Both the position numbers and the translations under genes were made by a program. Below the pieces are notes generated by a model. The model was not told the origin of the DNA, ran no database searches, and saw only the letters and a list, made by a program, of their open reading frames with translations. A stretch of DNA of 59,005 nucleotides, filler included. It is 7 parts of 7 records of this genome, joined end to end, with 100 filler letters (N's around TTAATTAATTAA, not from the genome) between each part and the next. Parts side by side here need not be neighbours in the genome. Positions count along the whole stretch, not along the records: positions 33,757 to 40,419 come from SRR31156797_5803; positions 40,520 to 50,090 come from SRR31156797_5806; 5 more parts are not named here. One strand, written 5' to 3'. Positions 38,749 through 50,190 of the stretch are shown one piece after another. Numbering within the stretch: position 1 is the first letter of the stretch; each line of letters starts with the position of its first letter.

Positions 38749-40078
38749 TTTTTGCCTCTTTGTATTTTTCTATTGCTCTTTTTCGTGATAATGAAATATC
38801 AACCATAGATTGTGGATAAGAGATAAAAATATTTGATTGAACACCATTTTCTATATGCAAAAGTCTTGAGTCTATATCTTTTAATTCAGGAATAACACTT
38901 TTAATAAAAATTCCATCTTCATCAAATTTTTTAGATTGAGCGTATGGATTAAAAACTCTAAAGTATGGTGCAGCGTCAGCTCCTGTACTAGCTCCCCATT
39001 GCCACGAACCAATATTTGAACTAGCTTCATAATCTAATAGTTTTAAAGCAAAATATTTTTCACCTTTTTTCCAATCAGTAAATAGATTTTTTGTAAGAAA
39101 AGAAGCAACAATCATTCTTAATCTATTGTGCATTGTTCCTGTTTTATTTAGATGTCTCATTGCTGCATCAATTATAGGAACTCCTGTATTACCTTCACAC
39201 CATCTAATAAAATCATCTTCATTTTCATTCCAAGCTATCTCTATGCCATTGAAGTTTTCAAATTCTGAATTAGGAAAATGAAATAAAATATAATTATAAA
39301 ACTCTCTCCAAAATATTTCCCTAACAAAAAATTCACTATTTTTAAAATCTCTTACATAATTAAAAAGCATCACAGGAGATATGATTCCAAATCTTAGATG
39401 TACTGATAGTTTTGATGTTGCATCTTTATAGAAATAATCTCTATCCTCTTGATAAGAATCTAGCTTTTGTTTTAGTTCTTCTAATAACTCATCAACACCT
39501 TTTAATAAAAAATCAGGAAGTGAAGCTGTCTCAAACCCCATACTATGTAAAGTTGGAGTATCAACATAATCATAATATGCTAACTTTATATTTTTTGAGA
39601 TTTTTCTCTGCTCTATTTTATTTGATTGAGTTATTAATTCTAAAGATTTATAAAATGGTGTAAAGACTTTGTATGCAGTCCCATCTTTTTTTAGATGTTG
39701 CATAGGATTTAAAATAAATGAATCGATATATCGTTTTAAAGGTATAATTTTATCTATCTCATCATCTCTTTTTTTTGCATATGAATCAAAATCAACTGAA
39801 CATAAAACCTCTTCAAATCCTAAAACTTTTAGCTTTTTAAAAATCTCAATCGGTTTTCCATTAAAAATAGCTAAGTCTAAATCTTGTTTTAGAAGTTTTA
39901 ATTTTAGATTAATTACTGATTGAAAAATAAAAGTTACCCTTTTATCATCTTTTGGTAATTGTTCTAGGATATTAGTATCAAAAATAAATATTGGCAATAC
40001 TTCACCGTTTGCATTTTCTAGTAAAGCTGAGTCTTCAACTCTTAAATCTCTTCTAAACCAAAGTATTTGTTTTTTCAT
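38735..40078 (-). CDS. phrB: DNA photolyase (class I CPD type)
   Basis: WFRRDLR, TSKLSVHLRFG, WREF, MHNRLRMIVASFL, WQW, PYFRVFNP. Confidence 0.9.
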   Translation of the reverse strand: MKKQILWFRRDLRVEDSALLENANGEVLPIFIFDTNILEQLPKDDKRVTFIFQSVINLKLKLLKQDLDLAIFNGKPIEIFKKLKVLGFEEVLCSVDFDSYAKKRDDEIDKIIPLKRYIDSFILNPMQHLKKDGTAYKVFTPFYKSLELITQSNKIEQRKISKNIKLAYYDYVDTPTLHSMGFETASLPDFLLKGVDELLEELKQKLDSYQEDRDYFYKDATSKLSVHLRFGIISPVMLFNYVRDFKNSEFFVREIFWREFYNYILFHFPNSEFENFNGIEIAWNENEDDFIRWCEGNTGVPIIDAAMRHLNKTGTMHNRLRMIVASFLTKNLFTDWKKGEKYFALKLLDYEASSNIGSWQWGASTGADAAPYFRVFNPYAQSKKFDEDGIFIKSVIPELKDIDSRLLHIENGVQSNIFISYPQSMVDISLSRKRAIEKYKEAKNENS

Positions 40079-40419
40079 CTATATGCCTCAATTTTTGATC
40101 TTAGTGCTAAATCTTTTGGATATGGGTTTAAAAATACTTGTGTTTTTAAATACTCAATATCAAATTTTTTTGTATAAAGTTTTATGATTTTTATTACTGC
40201 TATTAAAGGTATGATTTCATTTTTAAAATCTTCAAGTGTTTCTAAAATCTCATCTTTTTCCTCTTTTGAAATCACTTTTTTAAAATAACCATAGATATGT
40301 AATAATACATTGTATGTATTTTTTATTGTTCCTTTTTTTGCAATAGTTTCAAGGAATAATTGTTTGTATTCATTTAATATAATATCCATTGGCTTTTTAT
40401 CTCTATTTGCAACTATATT
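40075..40419 (-). CDS. YbgA/DUF1722 protein, 5' truncated
   Basis: NVLLHIYGYFKK, YL..Q.FLNPYP; typical neighbour of a photolyase. Confidence 0.85.
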   Translation of the reverse strand, partial: NIVANRDKKPMDIILNEYKQLFLETIAKKGTIKNTYNVLLHIYGYFKKVISKEEKDEILETLEDFKNEIIPLIAVIKIIKLYTKKFDIEYLKTQVFLNPYPKDLALRSKIEAYR

Positions 40420-40519
40420 NNNNNNNNNNNNNNNNNNNNNNNNNNNNNNNNNNNNNNNNNNNNTTAATTAATTAANNNNNNNNNNNNNNNNNNNNNNNNN
40501 NNNNNNNNNNNNNNNNNNN
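40420..40519. other. artificial contig linker
   Basis: N44-TTAATTAATTAA-N44. Confidence 0.98.
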
Positions 40520-40600
40520 GGTAAAGTAAGAAGAGCTAAATTACATTACCTAAGAGGTCTTACTGGTAAAAAAGCTAAGATTAAAGAGCTTAGAAAATAA
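40520..40600 (+). CDS. rplS: 50S ribosomal protein L19, 3' end
   Basis: GKVRRAKLHYLRGLTGKKAKIKELRK*. Confidence 0.92.
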   Translation, partial: GKVRRAKLHYLRGLTGKKAKIKELRK

Positions 40601-40612
40601 TTTAAGCCCAAA

Positions 40613-40638
40613 AAAACTAAGACTTTGGTCTTAGTTTT
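40613..40638 (+). terminator. intrinsic terminator after rplS
   Basis: AAAACTAAGAC-TTTG-GTCTTAGTTTT. Confidence 0.75.
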
Positions 40639-40644
40639 CCTCAC

Positions 40645-41181
40645 ATGTCAAAGATTTTTATTCACACGGCATTACTTTCTGAAGCACAATCACTAATCAA
40701 TTTTTTAAAATTAAAACAAGATAAGACACTTGAATATTTACCTAAAGATAATAAACTATTTGTTGATAAAGATGGTAAATACTTACTAATTGTTTCTGGT
40801 ATGGGAAGAGAAAATACGCTCAAATCACTTGATTTTGTATACAAAAATTATAAAGTTGAAAAAGCAATAAATATAGGTATTGCTGGGTGCGGTGATTCTT
40901 CAATTAAAATCGGAACTATGTTTTGTACCAATAGATTACTACCAAATGTAAACTTTGCACCTATAACAACTGTAGATGAACCTTTAGAAGATGATGAAAA
41001 TCTACATACTCTTTTAGTGGATATGGAAGCAAAATACTTTATTGAAGCTTCAATAAAATTTTGTGATAATATTTTTTGCTTTAAAGTAGTATCTGATTAT
41101 TTAGATACTCAAATACCCAAACATTCTTTAATATTTGAACTTATTGAAAAAAACGAAAATAGTTGGAAAAATTATCTATAA
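40645..41181 (+). CDS. nucleoside phosphorylase-like protein (PNP_UDP family)
   Basis: TAL..EA, SGMG, NIGIAG, VDMEA, KVVSD. Confidence 0.75.
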   Translation: MSKIFIHTALLSEAQSLINFLKLKQDKTLEYLPKDNKLFVDKDGKYLLIVSGMGRENTLKSLDFVYKNYKVEKAINIGIAGCGDSSIKIGTMFCTNRLLPNVNFAPITTVDEPLEDDENLHTLLVDMEAKYFIEASIKFCDNIFCFKVVSDYLDTQIPKHSLIFELIEKNENSWKNYL

Positions 41182-41305
41182 ATCCACAAACTGACTTTGT
41201 AAAGATTAACTTAAAAATAACTATAAAAATAAACTATTATAATAACTTAAAAAATAAATAATTTTGTGATATAATATTTTCTTTTGAAAGATTGGGGTAA
41301 AGTAT

Positions 41306-44062
41306 ATGTCAGATGAACACTATTTGAAAAGAGAACTAGATAAATTTATAAAATCAGACATATTTGTTTTTGAATTCATTGAATCAAACTCTTTAGATGG
41401 GATTTGGTTTTGGGATTTAGAAAATAAAGACAATATATGGATGAGTGAAAAGTTTTGGAAAACATTAGGTTATGACCCAAAACTAAAAAAACATCTTGCA
41501 ACACAATGGCAAGAATTAGTGTATGAAGATGATTTATCTCTTGCTTTAGAAAACTTTCAAAAACATTTAGAAGACAAAAATTACCCTTATGACCAAATAT
41601 TAAGATTTAAGCACTCTAATGGCTCAACACTTTGGATTAGATGTGCCGGACTTGCAATAAGAGATGAGAACGATAAACCAATAAGAATGATTGGTACTCA
41701 TACAGATATGACTATTGTAATGGATAGTTTAAAAAAACTTGAGAAATATTCTGGCTTAAACCGCTTAAATGAAGACTTACAAGAAAAATATAATGCTGAG
41801 TATAAACAAAGAATTGAAGTTCAAAGAACAAATAGAGATATAGAAAGATATATTAGTTTAATTGATAAGTTTATTATTACACTTAGTTTAGATTTTAATG
41901 GAAATATTGTAAATGCTTCAAATGCTTTTTGTAAAGTTTCTGGATACAGTAAGTCAGAACTTATTGGAAAAGATCATTCTATTATTATTTATCCCGATGA
42001 GCAACTTAAAAAATTGACTAAATTAGATGAGTTAACAAAAGATGAAAAGAGCTGGGAGGGCGAAGTTAAGTGTTTAAAAAAAGATGGAACAACATATTGG
42101 GTTTATAGTACTTTATCTGCGCTTTATAATGACAATAATGAAAAAATTGGCTACTCTATTTTAAGTATTGATATAACTGATAAAAATGTAATAAAACAAA
42201 ATAATATTGAACTAAAAACAGTAAAAGAGACATTAGATAATGCTGTTAAAATAGCAAAGCTTGGAACCTGGGAATGGGATTTAAAAAATAATAATGTTAA
42301 TTTTTCTAAAATTGCTTATGAGATGTTTGGTGCAGATACATCAGAAAGATTAGATTTTAATTCTTTAAAAGAGTATGTAATAAAAGATGATAAAAAAAGA
42401 TATAAAAGAATTATAAATCGTGCAGTAAAAAAAAAGATATCTTTTTCTTTTGAATATAGAATATATAAAGACTCAGAGATAAGGAAAATATGGGTTATTG
42501 GAAATCCAATAGTAGAAAATAATGAATTATTAAGAATGTCAGGTGTAGTTCAAGATGTTACAGAGTTAAAGCAAGTAGAAGAGGAATTGGAAGAGGCTCA
42601 AAAGATTGCTCGCGTTGGGCATTATCATTATAATCTTAATAAAGATGTATTTACAAATTCTTACATTATAGATGAAATATTTGGTTTTGATGAAAGAATG
42701 AACAAAGGCCTTAAAATATGGCAAGAAGGGATTCATTCTGATGATAAAAAAAGAGTTGGGGATTATTTCAATAAAATTATTAAAACAAAAGAAAAATTTG
42801 ATGTTGAATATAGGGTTGTAAATAGAAAAGATAAGTTAGTAAGATGGGTTCATATGTTAGGTGAATTATCTTTTGGAAGAAAAGGGGAAATTACAACTTT
42901 TTTTGGAACAATTCAAGATACAACAAAAAGAAAAGAGATAGAAAACGACTTGCAACAAGCCCATAATGTATTTGAAAATACTCATGATGGTATTTTAGTA
43001 ACTGATGAAAATGGACATATTTTAAATGTGAATAAGTCTTTTGAAATTATTACTGGATATAAACTTGAAGAGGTTATTGGACAAAATCCTTCAATTTTAA
43101 AATCAGGTGTTCATGAAGATAATTTTTATGAAAACCTGTGGAAAGAGGTAAGAACAAATGGGTATTGGAGTGGTGAGATTCACAATAAATCAAAATTTGG
43201 AAAGATATACCAAGAGTTATTAACAATAAATGCAATTTATGATGAAAATGGTTATGTTTGTAATTATATTGGACTATTTAGTGATATTACAAAACAAAGA
43301 AAACAAGATAAACTTATCCTTCAACAATCGCGAACTGCAGCAGTTGGTGAGATGCTGGAAAATATTGCTCACCAATGGAGGCAACCTTTATCTATAATTT
43401 CTACTTCTGCAACAGGATTAAAGTTTCAACTTGAAATGGATGATAGTAATTCAATACCAAAAGAACAAGTGCTGACAGTTTTAGATGATGTGAATAAATA
43501 TGCACAATATCTATCTGAAACAATTGAGGATTTTAGAAGCTTCTTTAAAGGTGATATGACACAAATTAGAAAGTTTGATATAAATGATACCTTATCAAAA
43601 ATAGAGAGTTTAACTAAAGATTCTTTTTCTCATAATTTTATTAACTTTATTGATGAAACACAAAAAGATGAGGTTATCATTGAAAACAATGAGAATATTT
43701 TAACTCAAGCATTAATTAATATTTATAATAATGCAAAAGATGCACTTATTGAAGGTGTTGATGAGAGAGAAAAAAGATATTTCTTTGCATATTCAGAAAA
43801 AAGGGATAACTTTTATTATTTGCACTTTAGAGATAATGCTGGCGGAATCAAAAAGAATATTATGAATCAAATATTTGACCCATATTTCACTACTAAACAC
43901 GAATCAATAGGTACAGGTTTAGGATTATATATGACTTACCAGATTATTACAAAACAGTTAAAAGGTGTAATTGAAGTTCACAATGTAACATATACATATA
44001 AAGGGGAAATATACAAAGGTGCAGAGTTTATGATAGGTGTACCTTATATTCCTATAAAATAA
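41306..44062 (+). CDS. cytoplasmic multi-PAS histidine kinase
   Basis: About five PAS/PAC repeats; [20 protein letters not shown]. Confidence 0.92.
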   Translation: MSDEHYLKRELDKFIKSDIFVFEFIESNSLDGIWFWDLENKDNIWMSEKFWKTLGYDPKLKKHLATQWQELVYEDDLSLALENFQKHLEDKNYPYDQILRFKHSNGSTLWIRCAGLAIRDENDKPIRMIGTHTDMTIVMDSLKKLEKYSGLNRLNEDLQEKYNAEYKQRIEVQRTNRDIERYISLIDKFIITLSLDFNGNIVNASNAFCKVSGYSKSELIGKDHSIIIYPDEQLKKLTKLDELTKDEKSWEGEVKCLKKDGTTYWVYSTLSALYNDNNEKIGYSILSIDITDKNVIKQNNIELKTVKETLDNAVKIAKLGTWEWDLKNNNVNFSKIAYEMFGADTSERLDFNSLKEYVIKDDKKRYKRIINRAVKKKISFSFEYRIYKDSEIRKIWVIGNPIVENNELLRMSGVVQDVTELKQVEEELEEAQKIARVGHYHYNLNKDVFTNSYIIDEIFGFDERMNKGLKIWQEGIHSDDKKRVGDYFNKIIKTKEKFDVEYRVVNRKDKLVRWVHMLGELSFGRKGEITTFFGTIQDTTKRKEIENDLQQAHNVFENTHDGILVTDENGHILNVNKSFEIITGYKLEEVIGQNPSILKSGVHEDNFYENLWKEVRTNGYWSGEIHNKSKFGKIYQELLTINAIYDENGYVCNYIGLFSDITKQRKQDKLILQQSRTAAVGEMLENIAHQWRQPLSIISTSATGLKFQLEMDDSNSIPKEQVLTVLDDVNKYAQYLSETIEDFRSFFKGDMTQIRKFDINDTLSKIESLTKDSFSHNFINFIDETQKDEVIIENNENILTQALINIYNNAKDALIEGVDEREKRYFFAYSEKRDNFYYLHFRDNAGGIKKNIMNQIFDPYFTTKHESIGTGLGLYMTYQIITKQLKGVIEVHNVTYTYKGEIYKGAEFMIGVPYIPIK

Positions 44063-44126
44063 TAGGTATATTAACTGTTTTTTTGTTAAACTCTCAATCA
44101 AAAATTTAACAAAGCAAAGGCACTTG

Positions 44127-44765
44127 ATGTTGCATGAAATAGTTGATTATATAGTTCAAATCGTTGGGGATTTGGGTTATGTTGGTATTTTTATTATGAT
44201 GTTCTTAGAAAGTTCATTTTTCCCTTTTCCTTCAGAGATTGTGATGGTTCCTGCTGGGTATTTGGCATATAAAGGTGAAATGAACTTATTCATAGCAATT
44301 GCTTCAGGTATTTTAGGAAGTTTAGCAGGTGCATTGTTTAACTACTATTTAGCAAGAAAATATGGCAGAAAATTTTTAAGTAAATATGGTAAATATGTTT
44401 TAGTTAAAGAGGAAACTTTAGAAAAAATGGAGAGCTTTTTTGCTAAACATGGGCATATTTCTACTTTTAGTGGAAGATTGATTCCCGCAGTTAGACAATA
44501 TATTTCTTTGCCAGCTGGTTTAGCAAAAATGAATCTTTTGAAATTTTCTATTTATACAAGTTTGGGTGCAGGTATTTGGGTTTTGATATTAGCACTTTTA
44601 GGTTATTTTATAGGTTCAAATCAAGACTTAATCCATGAATATTTAAGAATTATAATAGTTACTGTTTTAGTTCTTTTAGCGATACTTATTCTTTTTTATA
44701 TAAGAATTAAAATGAAAAAAAGAGTAATAAAAAAATGGAAAAAAGAATGGAAGATAAAGCAATAA
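44127..44765 (+). CDS. DedA family membrane protein
   Basis: [27 protein letters not shown]. Confidence 0.92.
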   Translation: MLHEIVDYIVQIVGDLGYVGIFIMMFLESSFFPFPSEIVMVPAGYLAYKGEMNLFIAIASGILGSLAGALFNYYLARKYGRKFLSKYGKYVLVKEETLEKMESFFAKHGHISTFSGRLIPAVRQYISLPAGLAKMNLLKFSIYTSLGAGIWVLILALLGYFIGSNQDLIHEYLRIIIVTVLVLLAILILFYIRIKMKKRVIKKWKKEWKIKQ

Positions 44766-44984
44766 TAAATATTTTTATCTGTAAATCTTTATAAAATAAC
44801 AAATTTTTAACAATTATTAAAAATACATATACAATAACTCTAATGTTGAAACTAAGAAATATACAGGATAAGCCTGCTATCAAAATATTATTTTTTATGC
44901 TGTATATTTTTTAAACTAAAATGTAATCAAAATATAACTTATTTTTACTAAAATTAGAATATTTCAATAATGAAAGAGTTCTAA

Positions 44985-45725
44985 ATGAAATTAATACTTC
45001 TTTTTCTCACACTTCTTGTTTCTTTATGTGCTTCATCTATTCCCAATTTTAAAATTATGACAGAAAATTATCCACCATTGAATATGGAAGATAAGAATAA
45101 AAAACTATCAGGAATTGCAGTTGACACATTTAATGAGATGTTAAAAAGAGTTGGCTCAAAACAAGATATTAATGATTTTGAATTGATGCCTTGGTCAAGA
45201 GCATATAACATAATACAAAAAAGAAAAAATAGTGTTTTATTTACAACTTCTAGAACTGAACAGAGAGAAAAGCTTTTCAAATGGGTTGGACCTTTTGAAT
45301 ATAATATTAATGGGATTATTGCAAGGAAAGATTCAAATATAAAAATTAATTCAATAAAAGATTTAGAAAAATATAAAATAGGAACAGTTTTAAATGATAT
45401 TGGAGAATTAATATTATTAAATGATGGTGTTCCCAAAAAAAATATACAATCATTATCAGGAAAAAATGCAATTATAAAATCCATAAGAAAATTAGATGCA
45501 AAAAGAATTGATATGTTTTCATATGCAATAAATGTTGCAAAATGGGATATGAAATCACATGAAATTTCATTTGATGATTATGAAGTTGTGTATGAAATAA
45601 GAAAGTTTGGTCAATATTTTACTTTCAATATAGATACTCCTGATGAGATTGTAGAAAAGTTTCAAAAGGCATTAGATAGTATGAAAAAAGATGGAACTTT
45701 AGAAAAAATCAAATCAAAGTATTAG
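44985..45725 (+). CDS. periplasmic substrate-binding protein (SBP_bac_3)
   Basis: Signal peptide; TENYPP, PWSRA, REKLFKWVGP. Confidence 0.85.
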   Translation: MKLILLFLTLLVSLCASSIPNFKIMTENYPPLNMEDKNKKLSGIAVDTFNEMLKRVGSKQDINDFELMPWSRAYNIIQKRKNSVLFTTSRTEQREKLFKWVGPFEYNINGIIARKDSNIKINSIKDLEKYKIGTVLNDIGELILLNDGVPKKNIQSLSGKNAIIKSIRKLDAKRIDMFSYAINVAKWDMKSHEISFDDYEVVYEIRKFGQYFTFNIDTPDEIVEKFQKALDSMKKDGTLEKIKSKY

Positions 45726-45731
45726 TATATA

Positions 45732-48032
45732 ATGAAATTAACATATAAAATTATAATACCGCTTGTAGCGATTGTTGCAATTTTATTTTATTTTTTATCC
45801 TTATTTATATTAAATAGTGAATCAAAAATAATAGAAGATGCAAAACAAAGGAATTCTCAAAAGATTGTTCAGCAATTTGAAGCAGACCAAAAAAGAAGAC
45901 TTAAAGAGGAAAAATCAAACTTAGAATTTATAGCAAAAACAATAGCTAAGGTTAGTTCAAAATATGTATACGATTTTGATATGGAATCTATTGGTAAAGT
46001 ATTAAATGATTTTTTAGAAGTTGAAAACATAAAAGCTATAGAAGTTTATGATATAAATACAAATGACATTTTTTACGCGGTATACAAAAATAAAAACACA
46101 ATAGTAAATGAAAAAAAGAACTTTCTTTTTGATACAAAAATATTAAAGACTATAAAGACAAATATAGTTTGGGAAGAGGAAAACTTAAGTTTAGGATTTG
46201 TAGAGATTTATTACGATGACAGTAAGATTATAAATGAGTTTAAGCATTCAAAAGAAAGACTTTTCAAAGAGTTAGAACTAAGCAATAAAAAACTAACAGA
46301 TGATACAAATAGGGTTGTTTATAATCAAATATTTTTTATGAGTATTATTGCTTTAGTCTTGTTTTTTACAATATTTTTTATGACTTATAAAACTGTTTTA
46401 AAACCACTTTCAAAACTAAAAAGTGGACTTGATGATTTCTTTTTGTTTTTACAAAACAAAAAAGATTTTACTCAAAAAATAGAAATCAAAACCAATGATG
46501 AATTTGGTAAAATGGCTAAAAGTTTGAATGAAAATATTAGTGTAAGTGCTAAACTTCATGAAGAGATATATGAGTTAAATACTAACCTTGAAGATAAGAT
46601 AGAAGAAAGAACAAAAAAGATTAGCTCACTTTTGGACAATGCTGACCAAGGTTTCTTATCTTTCTCAAAAGATTTATTAATAGAACCAGAATACTCAATT
46701 GAGTGTGAAAAGATATTTAAAAAACCAATAGAAAATATTGCAATAGGAGATTTACTTTTCCCTCAAGATGAAGAGAAAAAAACCTTTTTTGAAGAAACAC
46801 TTGTTTCTTTGTTTGCAGAAAAAAATAGTTTAAAAATCAAAAATATCTTGTCTTTACTTCAAAGTGAATTTAGAATAAATAAAAAAGCAATCCATGTAAA
46901 ATACAAACTTATTGAAAACTCAAGATATATGTTAATTTTGACAGATATTACTGCTAAAAAAATACTTGAAAAGAAAGTTGAGAAAGAAAGAGATACCTTA
47001 AAAATGATTGTATCCGTAGTAAGTGATATTGATGAATTTTTTGAACTTATAGATGATTATTATAACTTCATCAAAAAGGGAAAAGCTGAAATACAAAAGG
47101 ATAAAACTGCTTTAAATAATACAACTATTCTGTATAGAGTTATTCATACCTTTAAAGGCTTATTCTCTCAAAAAGAGATGAAACAAATGGTTAAACACTT
47201 ACATAGTTTTGAGACACATCTATCAAAACTTTTAAAAGATCAAAATAACACAAATGAAAATTTAATAGAGTTGTTAGAAAATACAGATTTTAAAAACTGG
47301 CTTGAAGTAGAGATAAATTTGATAAAAACAATTTTAGGTGATGATATTTTTGATAAAAGAGGGAAAATCACTGTAAAAGAATCAGCTATTTCAAAAATTG
47401 AAGAGGAACTTCTTTCTTTGACTCATAAAACTGGTTTAGAAAATGAATATTCTCATATAATAAATGAGATACAAAGTTTAAAAGAAAAGCCAATCTATCT
47501 AATGTTTAATTCATACATTAAGTTAGTATCACAAATAGCTTCTGTATCAAATAAACACATTTATCCTTTAGAAGTTATAGTAAATAAAGATTTATTAGTT
47601 AAAGAGCATCTAAAGCCTTTTATTAAATCCCTTGTACATATTTTTAGAAATTGTGTAATTCATGGTGTGGAGAGTATGGATGAAAGATATGAAAAAGAAA
47701 AAGATGAGATAGGAACAATAAGCTGTTCTATTTTAAACGAAGAAGATGGTTTGCATATAATAATTGCAGATGATGGTAAAGGTATTGATATAAAAAGTGT
47801 TGAAGAAAAAGCAAAAAAACTTGGGATTGATACTTCTACATTGAGTAAAAATGCACTTTTAGAACTTATTTTTGAAGATAAATTATCAACTAGCGAAAAA
47901 GTTGATACTTTCTCAGGTAGAGGAGTAGGAATGTCTGCTGTTAAAGATGAATTAATGAGACTAAATGGGAAAGTTAATATTACAACTCAAGAGAATGTAG
48001 GTACTACATTTGAGTTTATAATTCCAAAATAG
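45732..48032 (+). CDS. membrane-bound CheA-like kinase (TM-HAMP-PAS-Hpt-HATPase)
   Basis: HAMP NDEFG; Hpt RVIHTFKG; CheA-type HIFRNCVIHGVE, DDGKG, SGRGVGM; no CheW domain. Confidence 0.85.
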   Translation: MKLTYKIIIPLVAIVAILFYFLSLFILNSESKIIEDAKQRNSQKIVQQFEADQKRRLKEEKSNLEFIAKTIAKVSSKYVYDFDMESIGKVLNDFLEVENIKAIEVYDINTNDIFYAVYKNKNTIVNEKKNFLFDTKILKTIKTNIVWEEENLSLGFVEIYYDDSKIINEFKHSKERLFKELELSNKKLTDDTNRVVYNQIFFMSIIALVLFFTIFFMTYKTVLKPLSKLKSGLDDFFLFLQNKKDFTQKIEIKTNDEFGKMAKSLNENISVSAKLHEEIYELNTNLEDKIEERTKKISSLLDNADQGFLSFSKDLLIEPEYSIECEKIFKKPIENIAIGDLLFPQDEEKKTFFEETLVSLFAEKNSLKIKNILSLLQSEFRINKKAIHVKYKLIENSRYMLILTDITAKKILEKKVEKERDTLKMIVSVVSDIDEFFELIDDYYNFIKKGKAEIQKDKTALNNTTILYRVIHTFKGLFSQKEMKQMVKHLHSFETHLSKLLKDQNNTNENLIELLENTDFKNWLEVEINLIKTILGDDIFDKRGKITVKESAISKIEEELLSLTHKTGLENEYSHIINEIQSLKEKPIYLMFNSYIKLVSQIASVSNKHIYPLEVIVNKDLLVKEHLKPFIKSLVHIFRNCVIHGVESMDERYEKEKDEIGTISCSILNEEDGLHIIIADDGKGIDIKSVEEKAKKLGIDTSTLSKNALLELIFEDKLSTSEKVDTFSGRGVGMSAVKDELMRLNGKVNITTQENVGTTFEFIIPK

Positions 48033-48045
48033 AAAGGGAAAAGTA

Positions 48046-48522
48046 ATGATTTTAGATTCGCTTATTTTGCAAGCAAAACTTTTTTTAGAAGGTGATATGG
48101 AGATATCTATAATAGATAGTGACGATATTAAAATAACTAGTCCTGAAAAACTAGTATTGAAAGACAGAACTTCAATGATAGGAACAGGTGGAAAATTAAA
48201 CACTATGATTGTTGCAACTTTTGATAAAGATATCTTAACAAAATTGGTTGAATTGTTTATGGATGGAGAAGAGGTTGAAGAGGAGGAACTTGAAGAGGTT
48301 GAAGATAGTGTTACAGGGGAAGTTTTAAATACAATTGTTGGATTATCTTTACCAACTTTTCCAAACAGAGGAAAAGGTATAACTATAACTCCTCCTATTT
48401 GTGTAAATGATGCAAGCAGTATATATAAACATAAAGATTCTAAAATCATAAGTACAACAGTTAAAACTCAATATGGAAATATTGTTTTTAGTGCTGTTGG
48501 TTCAAAAGATGAAATTAAATAA
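48046..48522 (+). CDS. cheX: CheX-like phosphatase
   Basis: GEVLNTIVG (ExxN motif), ITPP. Confidence 0.75.
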   Translation: MILDSLILQAKLFLEGDMEISIIDSDDIKITSPEKLVLKDRTSMIGTGGKLNTMIVATFDKDILTKLVELFMDGEEVEEEELEEVEDSVTGEVLNTIVGLSLPTFPNRGKGITITPPICVNDASSIYKHKDSKIISTTVKTQYGNIVFSAVGSKDEIK

Positions 48523-48533
48523 GGTGTAAGTAG

Positions 48534-48947
48534 ATGTTAAAAGTTATAATTGTTGATGATTCATTAATAATAAGAAAAAAGATGGCAAAAGGATTAGAAA
48601 ACTTAGGTCATGAAGTGATTTATGTAGCTCAAAATGGTAAAGAATCTATAGAAGCATATAATGCAAAAAAACCTGACTTAGTTACTATGGATATTACAAT
48701 GCCTGACATGGATGGTATCACAGCTGTAAAACATATCATAAAGGATAATCCTGATGCAAAAATCATAATGGTAACTTCTCATGGGCAAGAAGAGATGGTA
48801 ATAAAATCTATTCAAGCTGGTGCTGTAGGGTATATGCTAAAACCTATCACTGAAGATAAATTGGTACAAAGTATTGCTGAGGTCTATCCTGAATATGCAG
48901 TTGATGATGAGTCAGAAGAAATAAATTTATTAGATGACGAGTATTAA
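48534..48947 (+). CDS. single-domain CheY-like response regulator
   Basis: VDDS, PDLVTMDITMP, KP. Confidence 0.9.
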   Translation: MLKVIIVDDSLIIRKKMAKGLENLGHEVIYVAQNGKESIEAYNAKKPDLVTMDITMPDMDGITAVKHIIKDNPDAKIIMVTSHGQEEMVIKSIQAGAVGYMLKPITEDKLVQSIAEVYPEYAVDDESEEINLLDDEY

Positions 48948-48955
48948 GGAAAAGA

Positions 48956-49894
48956 ATGATGCAAGAAAATAGACTCTTTGAAGCTTTACTTGACGTAATA
49001 CCTTTTGCTGCATATGCTGTTGATGTAGAAACCTATGAAGTTGTATATGCAAATAAAATGATGACGGGGAGTCTTTATGCACCAAGAGAAGAGTTTTGTT
49101 GGAAAAAAGTTTATGGACAAGAGGAGGTTTGTTCTTGGTGTAAAGTTCCAGATTTAAAACAAAGAAGTAGACAATATAAAAATGACAAGCTAATAAGTAG
49201 TTTTTTTGATGAAGCTACAGATAAATGGTTTCAAGCTTTTGATGAACTTATTAGTTGGCCTGATGGAAGAACTGTCAAATATACAATATTAGTAGATATC
49301 TCTGAACAAAAAGAGATTCAAGCTTCTATGATAAAAACACATGCAAAACTTGCAATACAATCAAAAAAGCTACAGCAAGCAAACAAAAAATTAAAATATC
49401 TATCAGAAAAAGATTATTTAACCGGAATTGACAATAGAAGAAGTTTTTTTAAAAAGAGTATAGAACTTTTTGATAGTTTAGAAGATAATAACTTCGATTT
49501 TTATGTCGCAATGTTAGATTTAGATAGATTTAAAAAGATAAATGATTTATATGGTCATAATGTTGGAGATGATGTATTAAAAGAGTTTTCAAATACAGTA
49601 CAAGAGTGTTTAGATGAGGGTGATATTTTTGGTAGATTAGGTGGAGAGGAGTTTAGTTTAATCCTTTTGAGTGACAAAGAAGAAGAGGTTATATATAAAC
49701 TTGAAACTATTAAATCAAAAGTAAATGCTATAACAATTCCTGTTGAAAATAAAACAGTAGATGTAAGTGTAAGTATTGGATTTGATAAAAAAAGAGAAGA
49801 TGATAATACTTTAGACCAACTATTAGAAAGAGCAGACGAATACCTTTATGAGGCAAAAAATGAGGGTAGAAACAGACTGAAGTTTAGGTTGTAA
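48956..49894 (+). CDS. PAS-like + GGDEF diguanylate cyclase
   Basis: DLDRFKKINDLYGH, RLGGEEF. Confidence 0.9.
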   Translation: MMQENRLFEALLDVIPFAAYAVDVETYEVVYANKMMTGSLYAPREEFCWKKVYGQEEVCSWCKVPDLKQRSRQYKNDKLISSFFDEATDKWFQAFDELISWPDGRTVKYTILVDISEQKEIQASMIKTHAKLAIQSKKLQQANKKLKYLSEKDYLTGIDNRRSFFKKSIELFDSLEDNNFDFYVAMLDLDRFKKINDLYGHNVGDDVLKEFSNTVQECLDEGDIFGRLGGEEFSLILLSDKEEEVIYKLETIKSKVNAITIPVENKTVDVSVSIGFDKKREDDNTLDQLLERADEYLYEAKNEGRNRLKFRL

Positions 49895-49922
49895 AAGTAT
49901 TTTATTTTGATATAATCTTTTT

Positions 49923-50090
49923 ATGAAGCAATATATCATAAACAATTGGAACAAATTTTTTTTACTTATTTTTACAATTTTTGCTGTAGTTATCTCTTTG
50001 AGTTTTTCTATTGATACTGATGCAAAAGCGATAATAAACGATTCTTTTAAACAAGCAGTAATAGTTTTTGGAAGTGCAAAAGCTTTAAAT
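49923..50090 (+). CDS. hypothetical membrane protein, 3' truncated
   Basis: ORF with a hydrophobic N-terminus running into the linker. Confidence 0.55.
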
Positions 50091-50190
50091 NNNNNNNNNN
50101 NNNNNNNNNNNNNNNNNNNNNNNNNNNNNNNNNNTTAATTAATTAANNNNNNNNNNNNNNNNNNNNNNNNNNNNNNNNNNNNNNNNNNNN
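50091..50190. other. artificial contig linker
   Basis: N44-TTAATTAATTAA-N44. Confidence 0.98.

Noticed and set aside
6796-50190. Six recurring TTAATTAATTAA motifs flanked by Ns
   Set aside because: Identical 100-nt artificial linkers, not a biological repeat or CRISPR array. ORFs running into them (X runs) are truncated, and GC shifts at them are not genomic islands.
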